64,000 nucleotides of DNA from Fibrobacterales bacterium (GTDB lineage Bacteria; Fibrobacterota; Fibrobacteria; Fibrobacterales; JAOPTW01). Position 1 is the stretch's first letter; each line of letters begins with the position of its first letter. The stretch is taken from contig JAOPTW010000013.1 in the NCBI GenBank assembly GCA_051532035.1, forward strand, positions 288,001-352,000, given 5' to 3'. This document shows, in pieces, positions 1 to 10,200 of the stretch. Both the position numbers and the translations under genes were made by a program. The notes under the pieces were generated by a model, which saw nothing but the letters and a program-made list of their open reading frames with translations, was not told the origin of the DNA and made no database searches.

Positions 1-290
1 GCATTTTCAAGCAGTCGATCTAGAATGTAGGAGGACTTACCTGTTGTGGGGACAGACTTTTTAACTGACTGTATTTTATCCCAAATAATGTAATTATGCT
101 GAAGCAGGCTATCAGCATAGCCAATCCGATCTTCAATGCCATCCAATTGTGTGGTCATGACCTGTTTTTCAAAAGCGGTATTAAGCAGCAGAGCCGTTAC
201 AGGAATAAGTACAAACCAAACGCCCACAAAGAGTGTTAAGGCTGTTGTAAAAAATATGATTGGTGCTTTGAATTGTATTAATCTATTCAT
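1..290 (-). CDS. PilO/GspM-like inner-membrane platform protein, 5' part (runs off the window start)
   Basis: Not in the ORF track. ATG at 290 overlaps the TGA of the upstream gene (ATGA). My translation MNRLIQFKAPIIFFTTALTLFVGVWFVLIPVTALLLNTAFEKQ... shows an N-terminal TM helix followed by a helical stretch; position after a PilN-like gene fits PilO/GspM. Confidence 0.55.
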   Translation of the reverse strand, partial: MNRLIQFKAPIIFFTTALTLFVGVWFVLIPVTALLLNTAFEKQVMTTQLDGIEDRIGYADSLLQHNYIIWDKIQSVKKSVPTTGKSSYILDRLLEN

Positions 291-1687
291 TCTGCAAGTA
301 CCTCTATGACAAAATGAATCAAGTCTTTATTGTTGGCTTTAAGCTTAGTTTTTTTCTGAACTCGTTTACCTTCAATAAATTCAGTCGAGACTAATCGTAT
401 TGATTTAAAACTCTTAACTTTTTCGAGTGTTGCAAGATAGAGACTTACTTTGACCTCTTGAGTTGTATACCCTGAAACGACATGTTTATACCCTGAGCCA
501 GTCTCTTTTTCACTTTCCCAACTGTTAATCCACAGTTCACCAGGTACTGCACGGGCAATGGCGCCATAATCATGCATTACCCCACTGTTTTTTAACAATA
601 TCCCTTCGACTAGCCCTTTCTCTGCGGCAATCTCTTTTTGTTTCTCTGTTACCTGCTCAATCTTTTTTAATTCCATCTCATAGGTGGATTCTGCATCTGC
701 ATAGAGAAAAGCATTAACTCCATACCAAATACCCGAAATAAGAGATAGTGTTAGTAAGAGGAGCACAGGAAGAGAAGCGATCTTTAAGAGGTTAAAAGAC
801 CAGTTGTTCCAATCATGCATAGAGTGAATTGCCTCTCTATTTTGGTCTCCGAGACTTATATCTAAATGTGAAACATTGGTTGCTTCACTAGCCAACGATT
901 GAAATAACTCTGAATATGAATCAGAGTCAGTATTCCCAAGTCGCTTCACCGGTATATTAAATGTTTCTAAAATATAGCTCACAGCTTCACACTCAGTTAA
1001 GAGTATGACCTCAGAAAGCGGTTCTTCTAAAACACGAGCTTCCCAGTAGTATATAAAGGCCTTTTGGAGTTCAATGCGATATTTTTCTGGTTCTTCTACA
1101 GCAGTAGACTCCCCTATCTTTAAGGTGAGTGTATGGTGAAGTACTCCAGAGGTATAATACAAGATATGGGTTCGATCACTATCGATATAGAGCGCTGCCG
1201 AAGAGTATTCCACCGCAGGAGCTATGGTAAGGTAGCTCATAATTTCAGTAGGATAGATAGCCGCAACGGTTTCGAATCCTGCCGGGAGGCTACTGAGAAA
1301 CTCTGCTACGTGATCTTCTCGATATTGCATTAACATACGAAAGCCATTATCATCGAGATGGGTACAGTGCAGCTGATTTTTATCTATTCCAATGGGTTCT
1401 GCTCGTTCCTCTTCACTACTCAGTTCATCAGGGGTAAATTCAGTAATACTCCCGATATTGGTAATTTTAACCGGGATTCTATTGGTTACAACAGAAACCC
1501 CTTTGTGCTGCAAGTGGAGCTTTTGTGCCAAAAGAGAAGCTTCTTCATAGTCTCCTTTAAAGCTCTGAACAACGATGGCTTTGCCATTAACCATTTCAGT
1601 TCCAACGAGTAGTACGATCTCTTTCAGAAAGAGTGCGGCCCATTGTATTTTAGGTTCAAAAGGATTGTGAGGAAATAATTTCGTCAT
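287..1687 (-). CDS. PilM/PilN (GspL-like) fused assembly protein
   Basis: About 300-aa cytoplasmic region, one TM helix (LPVLLLLTLSLISGIWYGV), coiled coil, then a PilN-type periplasmic domain (IARAVPGELWI...VSGY...YLATLEKVKSF..IRL); directly follows the secretin gene. Confidence 0.7.
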   Translation of the reverse strand: MTKLFPHNPFEPKIQWAALFLKEIVLLVGTEMVNGKAIVVQSFKGDYEEASLLAQKLHLQHKGVSVVTNRIPVKITNIGSITEFTPDELSSEEERAEPIGIDKNQLHCTHLDDNGFRMLMQYREDHVAEFLSSLPAGFETVAAIYPTEIMSYLTIAPAVEYSSAALYIDSDRTHILYYTSGVLHHTLTLKIGESTAVEEPEKYRIELQKAFIYYWEARVLEEPLSEVILLTECEAVSYILETFNIPVKRLGNTDSDSYSELFQSLASEATNVSHLDISLGDQNREAIHSMHDWNNWSFNLLKIASLPVLLLLTLSLISGIWYGVNAFLYADAESTYEMELKKIEQVTEKQKEIAAEKGLVEGILLKNSGVMHDYGAIARAVPGELWINSWESEKETGSGYKHVVSGYTTQEVKVSLYLATLEKVKSFKSIRLVSTEFIEGKRVQKKTKLKANNKDLIHFVIEVLAE

Positions 1688-1688
1688 A

Positions 1689-3743
1689 CTAGAATTCTTC
1701 TAACTTTTCCATATATTCATCAACATCAACCTTCCCTTCTGAATCATAGTAAATTCTGGGTGTTACAAAAATCATCAGTTGACTACGGCTCGTAACTTTT
1801 CGGACATTCTTAAAGAGCCAACCAAGTATTGGAATATCTCCTAACAGTGGCACTTGATTATGAACCTCTTGTTCGGACTCTTTAACCAGTCCCCCTAATA
1901 TAATAGTCTCACCATCTTTGAGTCTTACGGTTGATTTCATCGTTCTGTGATTGAGTGTTGGAGGTGCCGAGGCATCAAATGAACCTTCGGGTTCTGTAAA
2001 ATCAGGCAAAATTTCACAAGTCACTTCGTTTTTGCCCGTAACATAGGGAGTTACTGTCAGTGTTACGTTCGCTTCAATTTTTTCAAATCGCTCTGTAGTT
2101 GTATTTTTAACCGCACTGCCTGAGTTAATGTCTGTTGCACTCTTGAGAAGAAAGTACTGAGTTTGCCCAATAGTGAGTGTAGCAGTCTGACCATTCAGTG
2201 TCGCAATCTGAGGCTTTGAGCGTATTTTTAAAAATTTATTTCGTTCAAGTGCATCAATTTTAGCAGCAAAATTTTTGGGGAGTGACACAATATCTTTGAG
2301 CCCTGGTATGCCATCAAGAAAACTTTCTGTTTGATTTTTATTAACAACCTGGCTAAAAGAAGGAAACAGTTGTTCTGGCCCCCCACTTTGCATTGACTGA
2401 GGGTCCCCAATAAACATTGATATTCCATGCTCTCTTACTTTATCCATATCGATGTCGACAACCAGTGCCTCGATTAAAATCTGTGGTATGGGGAGGTCAA
2501 TTTTTTCAATATATTGACTAATCGCTTCAATCTGCTCATAGGTACCCACAACCATAATACCATTTTGAGAATTTACTACATTGATTTGGGTGTTTTTTGT
2601 AAGGCTCCCAGGAATAAGCTCTTTCACTTTATCTGCCTTCATATGAGTCATCATAATCAAACGAGAATTATTAACATTCTGCATTTTCTGTGGCCCAATA
2701 AAATAGATACCTTTGTTAACCCAAAAGGTGAACTCGTTGTCTCGGAAGATATATCGTAATGCATCGTTAATAGGTATATCTTTTACTTTAATATTTATCT
2801 GGCCAGACAATTTACCATAGACTACTGTACTAATCCCTGATTGATAGCTAATGGCACTAATAACTTCATTTATCTCGGCCTTCTGTGCTTCTATAGAAAC
2901 CGTATCTCCTTGTACATCTACCCAAATATTATTGGAGTTACGCTTGCCTTTTGCGCCGCTCATCTGTTTATAGAGCGTATAAATACCACGCTTTTCTTCG
3001 ATTCCCATATCATTCGTCTGTGCAAGAAGCCTCAGACCTTTATCAAATTTAAGGTTTTTAAAAAATGAGGTAATCTGACCTTTCACCCCTTTATCTGTTA
3101 CAATGGTTTTCCCCGTCAGCTCTATGAGTTTACGAACTACTTGTTTCGTTGGTGCATTTTCAATATCAATACTTAACGCACCATCTTTATAATCAATTTC
3201 CATTTTGATTTTAGGCTTTGGTTTTTCTTTTGGTTTAATTTTAGGCCTATACACTTTAATGACCCCATTATTTACCGAAAGTGCGAAACCATTTTCTCGA
3301 ACTATAGTTTTAATAACAGATTTTAATGGTAACCGAGCAAAGTTAACCGATACATTACCTTTCACTTCTGGAGATACATACACATTCAGGTTGTATTGTA
3401 CTGCAAGGCCCTGAAGAAGGTTTTGAATATCAGTCTCTTTTAAATTCAAAGACTCTACCATTATCGTATCCGAAATAGGGAGTTCAACCGCAACAGCTTC
3501 TGGTTTCGAAGGCTCTGAACTGCCACCTTTATGGTTCAGAGAAACATTTTCAGGAGTTGATTGAGTATTCCGCTGAGCCTTAGTGGAACTCGTTGGTTTC
3601 TGGGAGATAGTTTGTTTGCGTTGGAGCCGTTCATTGCGAACCAAGCGTAATGAATCTCTAATCTCTTTACGTCTTTTATTGTCGAGTCCCATAACCTGAG
3701 TTGCGAAAATAATTAGTAAAAGTAGGGGTAAAATTTTATTCAT
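1689..3743 (-). CDS. gspD: Secretin (GspD/PilQ family) with repeated STN-like N-domains
   Basis: PQILIEALVVD, PQIATLNGQTA, VRLKDGETIILGGL and VPLLGDIPILGWLFK secretin motifs. Likely start is ATG 3743 (AGGA upstream, signal peptide MNKILPLLLLIIFATQVMG) rather than the TTG at 3767. Confidence 0.9.
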   Translation of the reverse strand: MNKILPLLLLIIFATQVMGLDNKRRKEIRDSLRLVRNERLQRKQTISQKPTSSTKAQRNTQSTPENVSLNHKGGSSEPSKPEAVAVELPISDTIMVESLNLKETDIQNLLQGLAVQYNLNVYVSPEVKGNVSVNFARLPLKSVIKTIVRENGFALSVNNGVIKVYRPKIKPKEKPKPKIKMEIDYKDGALSIDIENAPTKQVVRKLIELTGKTIVTDKGVKGQITSFFKNLKFDKGLRLLAQTNDMGIEEKRGIYTLYKQMSGAKGKRNSNNIWVDVQGDTVSIEAQKAEINEVISAISYQSGISTVVYGKLSGQINIKVKDIPINDALRYIFRDNEFTFWVNKGIYFIGPQKMQNVNNSRLIMMTHMKADKVKELIPGSLTKNTQINVVNSQNGIMVVGTYEQIEAISQYIEKIDLPIPQILIEALVVDIDMDKVREHGISMFIGDPQSMQSGGPEQLFPSFSQVVNKNQTESFLDGIPGLKDIVSLPKNFAAKIDALERNKFLKIRSKPQIATLNGQTATLTIGQTQYFLLKSATDINSGSAVKNTTTERFEKIEANVTLTVTPYVTGKNEVTCEILPDFTEPEGSFDASAPPTLNHRTMKSTVRLKDGETIILGGLVKESEQEVHNQVPLLGDIPILGWLFKNVRKVTSRSQLMIFVTPRIYYDSEGKVDVDEYMEKLEEF

Positions 3744-3767
3744 AGTGTTTCCTAATAGCTCAATCAA

Positions 3768-5375
3768 TTAGATGGCTGTTACTCGAAGAACCTCTTCTGC
3801 AGTAGTTATTCCTGCAATTATCTTATAGAGTCCATCTTCTCGTAATGTGCGCATCCCTTCTTTGGTCGCTTCTTTGCGTATCGCAGATGCATCTGCTTTA
3901 TTTTTAATTAATTCTCTTACATTTTCAGTTACAGTGAGCACTTCAAAGAGTGCAACCCGTCCATCAAAACCGGTATCATTACAGTGAAAGCACCCCTTAC
4001 CCTTTTTTAGTACCGTATCAGGCGCGAGTGTGAGGCGTTTTAATATCTTCTCATCTGCAGTATATGCCCCTAGGCAGTGCATACAGTTTTTTCGAACCAG
4101 TCTTTGAGCTACTATCATCGAGACTGATGATGAAACCAAGAAGGGTTCAATACCCATATCAATCAATCGAGTAACCGCACTGGGCGCATCATTAGTATGA
4201 AGTGTTGAAAATACCAAGTGACCAGTCAGGGCAGCTCGTATAGAGAGTTCGGCTGTTTCGCCATCACGTATTTCACCCACCATTATCACGTCGGGGTCTT
4301 GACGAAGGAGTGTTCGTAAGGTATTTGCAAACGTAAGGTCAATTTCACTTTTAACATTCGTTTGAACAATGCCATCCATCTTATACTCTATGGGGTCTTC
4401 AACAGTACAGATATTTAGTTCAGTCGATTTAATCATATTGAGTGCGCTATAGAGAGTAGTGGTCTTACCTGAGCCCGTAGGGCCAGTAACCAAAATCATA
4501 CCATAGGGAAGCTGAATAAACTCTTTAAAGGTATCTAACCACTCTTTAGCAAATCCCAGCTTTTCGAGATCAAGGGATACTGCTGATTTATCGAGGATAC
4601 GAAGTACTATTTTTTGGCCATATTCAGTAGGGAGAGTACTGACACGAATATCAATAGTCTGACCATCACGTTCAAAATGGATTCGTCCATCTTGTGGTCG
4701 TCTCTTTTCTGCGATATCAATATTGGCCATCACTTTAATACGTGATATTACTTCTGGGGTATACTTAGAATGCACCCTTCTAAATACTTGTAAAATACCA
4801 TCGAGTCTGAAACGGATTTCTAACTCTTTTTCAAATGGTTCAAAGTGAATATCAGAGATACCCGATGTAACTGCATCGATAATCACATCATTGACCATTT
4901 TGATAATAGAGTTATCACCCATCAATCGTTTTACATGGCGTACCGGCTTATCCCTATCAGACAATACGACAGAACCTGACCTTCCCTTGTACAACTTATT
5001 AATCATCTTCTGTACTGTCTCAGGAGGAGCAACTACAGGTTCAATTTCCATACCAGAAATTAATTCAAGATCGAGTAACACTTCAAAATCTGTGGGATCA
5101 ACCAATCCGACTTTTAATTTCTGATCAGTAACAGACAAAGGAACAGCAAGGTAGCTACGAGCAGTTTCATAGGGAATAAGTTCTATTATTTCACGCGTAG
5201 GAGTATAGCCAGTAATATCTTCAATTACCAAACCAAGCTCTTTGATCAGCTCATTTCTGATTTTAGGTAGTGCGCTCTTCTGTTCTCCAAATACTCTTTC
5301 TAGGGTATCATCTAAATTGAGACCAGAAATCTTGCTCTCTTTAAGGAGATATTTTAGACCATTTGAAAAATCCAT
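3768..5375 (-). CDS. gspE: GspE/PilB family secretion ATPase
   Basis: SDIHFEP, RRPQDGR, Walker A GPTGSGKTT, TVEDPIE, LRQDPDVIMVGEIRD, TGHLVFSTLHTNDA and the CxxC...CxxC zinc motif. Confidence 0.95.
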   Translation of the reverse strand: MDFSNGLKYLLKESKISGLNLDDTLERVFGEQKSALPKIRNELIKELGLVIEDITGYTPTREIIELIPYETARSYLAVPLSVTDQKLKVGLVDPTDFEVLLDLELISGMEIEPVVAPPETVQKMINKLYKGRSGSVVLSDRDKPVRHVKRLMGDNSIIKMVNDVIIDAVTSGISDIHFEPFEKELEIRFRLDGILQVFRRVHSKYTPEVISRIKVMANIDIAEKRRPQDGRIHFERDGQTIDIRVSTLPTEYGQKIVLRILDKSAVSLDLEKLGFAKEWLDTFKEFIQLPYGMILVTGPTGSGKTTTLYSALNMIKSTELNICTVEDPIEYKMDGIVQTNVKSEIDLTFANTLRTLLRQDPDVIMVGEIRDGETAELSIRAALTGHLVFSTLHTNDAPSAVTRLIDMGIEPFLVSSSVSMIVAQRLVRKNCMHCLGAYTADEKILKRLTLAPDTVLKKGKGCFHCNDTGFDGRVALFEVLTVTENVRELIKNKADASAIRKEATKEGMRTLREDGLYKIIAGITTAEEVLRVTAI

Positions 5376-5376
5376 A

Positions 5377-5976
5377 TTATTTTTGGTTGTTCAAACTGTC
5401 AATAATGGTGAATAGTCGATTTACTTCGGTACTACTATCAGTACGAATGAGATTGAGATGATTTAAAACTGAATCAATGATCTCAGAACTATCAGACTGG
5501 AGTGTTGTAAGAGAATTTTGTAGATCCTGGATTTCCAGAGTCGTGGTAGTATTTAAAGTGTCTATCTCCCTCCCTATTGAATCGAGCTTATCTTTAAGAA
5601 GGTCATTATCCCATTGGAGGGCAGAATCGGAAGTAAGTTCAAAGGTGATAACTCTGAATGCCATAGTCTCTAGTGAATCTTCTATGATTACTCTATCGAC
5701 CGTATCTGCTGTAGTGTATCCAGGTTTTGATACAATAATTTGATTTAGGCTACTTACTATGGCAGGAAAAGCCACCTTACCACTTGAATCCGTAAATTTA
5801 TGATAAAAGGTCATTTTATTATCTGTAATTTCTACGAGCACTGAGTCGAGGGTGACAGTTGAATTAGTTTCTCTAACATTAATAGTATAAAAAACTGTTG
5901 GTTCTTCTATATCTGCTTCCTGTATACAGGAGGTCATGAGTATTAAAAAAGAAAACATCAGCATTAAATAAAACAT
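5377..5976 (-). CDS. Lipoprotein with carboxypeptidase-regulatory-like beta domain and C-terminal coiled coil; first gene of the T2SS-like operon
   Basis: Lipobox-like LMTSC; TDSSGKVAF...VSKPGY pattern; heptad-rich C-terminus; stop codon 1 bp from the gspE start. Confidence 0.6.
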   Translation of the reverse strand: MFYLMLMFSFLILMTSCIQEADIEEPTVFYTINVRETNSTVTLDSVLVEITDNKMTFYHKFTDSSGKVAFPAIVSSLNQIIVSKPGYTTADTVDRVIIEDSLETMAFRVITFELTSDSALQWDNDLLKDKLDSIGREIDTLNTTTTLEIQDLQNSLTTLQSDSSEIIDSVLNHLNLIRTDSSTEVNRLFTIIDSLNNQK

Positions 5977-6253
5977 AATCCCTCAAGTTAAAGAACAGCT
6001 TCAATTTAGAAAAATATACCAGTAATTTTAACCTCTAGAGATGTTTCATATTACTTTACAGATGCTACTTTCTAAGTAGAGTAAATGAGCATAGAGGCGG
6101 TATAGTTTTTTGAGTTTTCACATACACTACGGTAAAATATATGTTAACTTAACTCATTATTCGCTGAAGCTATATTCATCTGAATTTTCAGAATTAACTG
6201 CTAAACTTACAATACTTGATAGAAAATTAAAAAATCTCACAATTGTTCCCTTT

Positions 6254-7237
6254 TTAAGGGGTGTACTCAGCTTTTAAATCTCTTACACAGCGCATATTCA
6301 TAAATCCAGGCCGATCTAACCCATACCCATCAATGCCAGGCCCTAATATCATAACAAATCTTGGAGTAGAATTTATTCTAAAAGTTACTGATATACTTAA
6401 ATTTTCCATTTCATACTGAGGTGTTATTCTTCCGGATCCAACAAGCGAAAAGGCATAATCATCAGTTATCCAAGTTCCAACTGTAAATCCCGTTACCGCC
6501 GCAAGTTCAGTTCGGATCCCCCCATCATCTGCATCATATACTTCACCTAAATACAAGTAATCATCTGGTGTTGGAATATGCCAATCAATAGGACATGCTC
6601 CTTGATGTAGTGAGTCGATACAGTCTTCAATTGGATCACACGTTTCAGACACATCATACGTCTGATCTAAAGAATAATATCCACCGAATTCGTGTCTCAA
6701 TTCTGGTTCATTAATAAACATAACTTGACCAAACTGTACTGTCTCAGGATTGTACCTTAAATTTTGAGCCATCCACACCGCTTCACCAATTACTGTAAAG
6801 CGATATTCATTTCCATCTCGGCTATCTATAAATAGTGAATCGGATTTAAGAAGTGTAGGGTCGAACCAAGGAAATTTCAGCGAATCACCTACATTAGTGG
6901 TAGATGACGAACTAACTACTTCGCCGACATAACTTGAAATTGGTAAGGCCTCTGCTTCAGAGCTACTAGAATGATCGTTACTTTCAAAAAAGCTTGAAGA
7001 ATTTAGCAGGGAAAAGGAACTATTCGCTGCTATACTTTGATTTTCTATTTCTGAACTTAAAATACTTTCACTCGAAAACGAACTTAGTTTTTGGTCAATA
7101 CTACTTAACAATTCATTTGACTCAATTTGAGATTTATTTGAGTCAGTATTATACATGCATGCACTAAGGACCAGCAAAACAGCCAACCCTATTAGTATAT
7201 TATTCATAAAAGAACCTGATTGAGCATTTATATTCAT
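6254..7237 (-). CDS. Fibrobacter succinogenes major paralogous domain (FISUMP) lipoprotein
   Basis: Lipobox LSAC, Ser-rich linker, then FIDSRDGNEYRFTVIGEAVWMAQNLRY, HQGACPIDWHIPT and terminal MRCVRD motifs typical of this family. Confidence 0.85.
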   Translation of the reverse strand: MNINAQSGSFMNNILIGLAVLLVLSACMYNTDSNKSQIESNELLSSIDQKLSSFSSESILSSEIENQSIAANSSFSLLNSSSFFESNDHSSSSEAEALPISSYVGEVVSSSSTTNVGDSLKFPWFDPTLLKSDSLFIDSRDGNEYRFTVIGEAVWMAQNLRYNPETVQFGQVMFINEPELRHEFGGYYSLDQTYDVSETCDPIEDCIDSLHQGACPIDWHIPTPDDYLYLGEVYDADDGGIRTELAAVTGFTVGTWITDDYAFSLVGSGRITPQYEMENLSISVTFRINSTPRFVMILGPGIDGYGLDRPGFMNMRCVRDLKAEYTP

Positions 7238-7249
7238 TATAGAAAAATA

Positions 7250-10200
7250 TTAATGAACAAACTCAAATTTTTGAGCATCAGTCCCGTTACAATCAACTGA
7301 TCGTATATTGGCACCAGACCAGGTTGCTGCACCTTCTATATCTAGACACTCTATACTATTTGTAAGAGGCGTTAATGTATAAGTGCCATTACCTGCATCT
7401 TTAAACTTCCACTGTTGGCTCGAACCAGGAGAGGAATTACCCCACTGGTGTACATTTTCTGACTGCCCGCCCCAGGAAACATCTAAATACTTTCCCGAAT
7501 TCTTATTGGTAAGTGAGTATACATCAGAGCCAAGGTGGTCTACGATCCAGTACTGTGCATTTGATTGATTACAATCCCATTGACGTACATTTGCACCATC
7601 ACTGTAACTTGCACCATCAACATCTACACATTTGTTACTGATATTGTTACGGATTTCGTATACGCCATCGAGGTATACAGGTTCATTTGATTTGTCTATC
7701 AGCTCAAAGCGTTGAGAACCATCTTTATTACAATGATGTGCCTCTACATTGGCACCAGCATGCTCACTTCCACCTGCAATAGTCAAACATTCAGTAGTTT
7801 TACTTTGAGGTATTAATGCATAGGTTCCATTACCTGTGTATTCAACCGTCCACTTTTGACTTGGCCCAGTAGATACATATTGCCATTGCTGTACATTTGC
7901 ATCTACTCCACCCCAAGCAACATCGAGTACTCTACCAGAATTAACGTTCTTGACTTGATATTCATCGTTTCCAAGGTCTGTAAATTCCCAGCGTTGTGCA
8001 TTGGTATTATTACAAGTAAATTGTTGAACGTTTGCAGCTTCATTCTGAGAACCATTGACCACATCTACACATAAATTACTGACATTATTTCGTATTTCAT
8101 ATATTCCAGTAAAATCAACAGGGTCAGTATTTACCACATTGAATCTAAAACTCTGCGCCTCAGTTTCATTACAGTCATACACCTGTACATTAATATTAGC
8201 AGGAATTTGACGGCCTACTACATCGAGACATTTCTCTTCATTACTTTTGGGTTGCAGGGTATAAACGCCCTCAGTGACCTCTTCGATTTTCCATTTACGA
8301 TGATCACCCCATGAATTTGGCCCCCATTGTTGAACATTGGAGCCTTTACCAAAATCTGCAACATCTAGAAACTTACCTGAATTGAGGTTTTTAAACTGAT
8401 AATATCCCTTTCCAATGTAAGAGACTTCCCAGCGTTGAGTATGGGTTGTGTTACAATCAAATTGCTGTACATTTGCTCCGTCATCTAAACTAGCATCATC
8501 AACTTCAACACAACGATTAGAGTGAATGTTTTGTATCTCATATATCCCTGCTACAACAACTATCGGGTCTTCCCAAATAATATATACCGGATATATTACA
8601 GGACTTGGATCTGAAACAGAGTTCTTAACGACTACATCAATTTTCTTTTGAAATGGCAGAATGGACAAAGGATAATGCCCTACCGATGTCATCGTGGCAC
8701 CCTGTACTTCTACAACTTTACCATTGATATTCACAATTTCTAAATCAGACATATTGATGTTTTTGGCGATTCTAATTGTTAAAGATCCTGTTGGACTATA
8801 TGTTAGTGATTTTGAATTTACCTCAATTTCAACACCAGACATAACAAGTAATGGATCTGGGGTAAAATCTGGTTCCAATATAACTTTTATGAACTCATCA
8901 CCGGGCAAAGTACTCCCTCCTGGTTCATCAGCATCAGAAGAGTTACCTGGGGTTCCAGGTCTAATAATTAGCGTGTCCGAGCAATTTGGTTTACACTCTG
9001 AAATATCAATTATGATATAATCACCAGGATAATACCTTTCAAAATCATACTCAACAAACCCATCATTAAAAATCACTGGATAAACACGATATGTCCCATC
9101 ACCATCGCCATCATCATTCACTTCATCCAAAGGAAATATGATTGGATTGGAAGGATTATGAGGATCAAAAGGGGTTATTGGTGTTATTCCATCCAACTTA
9201 ATATCTATTGAAGATCCCAAGCCCGGTAGGCCAACGGATTGTTTCTTAGTAATAGCATAATTATATGTCAAAGGAGACATTGCTCCACTACTTGGATAAA
9301 CAACCACTTTATAAGTATTTTTCCCTTGATACAATGGCAAATTTAAAGAAGCCGGTGTCGCTGATATAACTTCGTTAGTAATATCGCATTGCCCTGCTGA
9401 TTTTGCCCAGCATATTTCATCCTCTTCATTAAGAATATATACTTTCCCAACATCTGCTAAATTAGATGCGGCAAATGAAAACCGTGCAATATTCGTATTT
9501 GAATTCATTTTTGCAGTAGCTTGATAGTTTAAGATATATGGTTTATAATTCCAAGTATAATCGATACCATGCAAGGTAGTACCTTCAATACCTTTAATGT
9601 CCATAGATGATAAAGTTAAATCTTTATCACCAGTAGAATTATAATCCAGAACACTAACAAACTTATCTGTTTTTAATATGCCTACAGTCTCAACACCACC
9701 ATTTTTACCAAAAGATACTTTTTTTGCATTTGTATTAGCAAGGGATGTAAAGGCAGGGTTTCCAACAGATTTCCAATCAGTACCATTCCATTTAATAACC
9801 GATAACCTATCATTATTTTGAAACCCATGAAATGCTAAATATGGAACACCACTATTAACACTAAAATCAAAATCATCGACATCTTTTTGTAAAAACAGTT
9901 CAATGTCTTTTGAGGTTGGGCCATTTGGAAGAGCAAACCAGTGATGCCCATTTGCATTTGTATATGTTTTATCGTATGAATACACTGAAACAATATAGTT
10001 TTCTGATAATGCAACTCCTGAACCATAACTATCAGTATACGGTTCATACGTTTGGTGTTTTGCCGCTATTACCGGTTGATTATTATAAAAATCTAATACA
10101 AAGTGATCTACCATAGGGGCGGCAAAATCATCCGCCTCAAGTGACCCAAGAAAATCAGAATTATCAAACGCGTCAATAGTTCCCCAATGTTCATTTCCTG

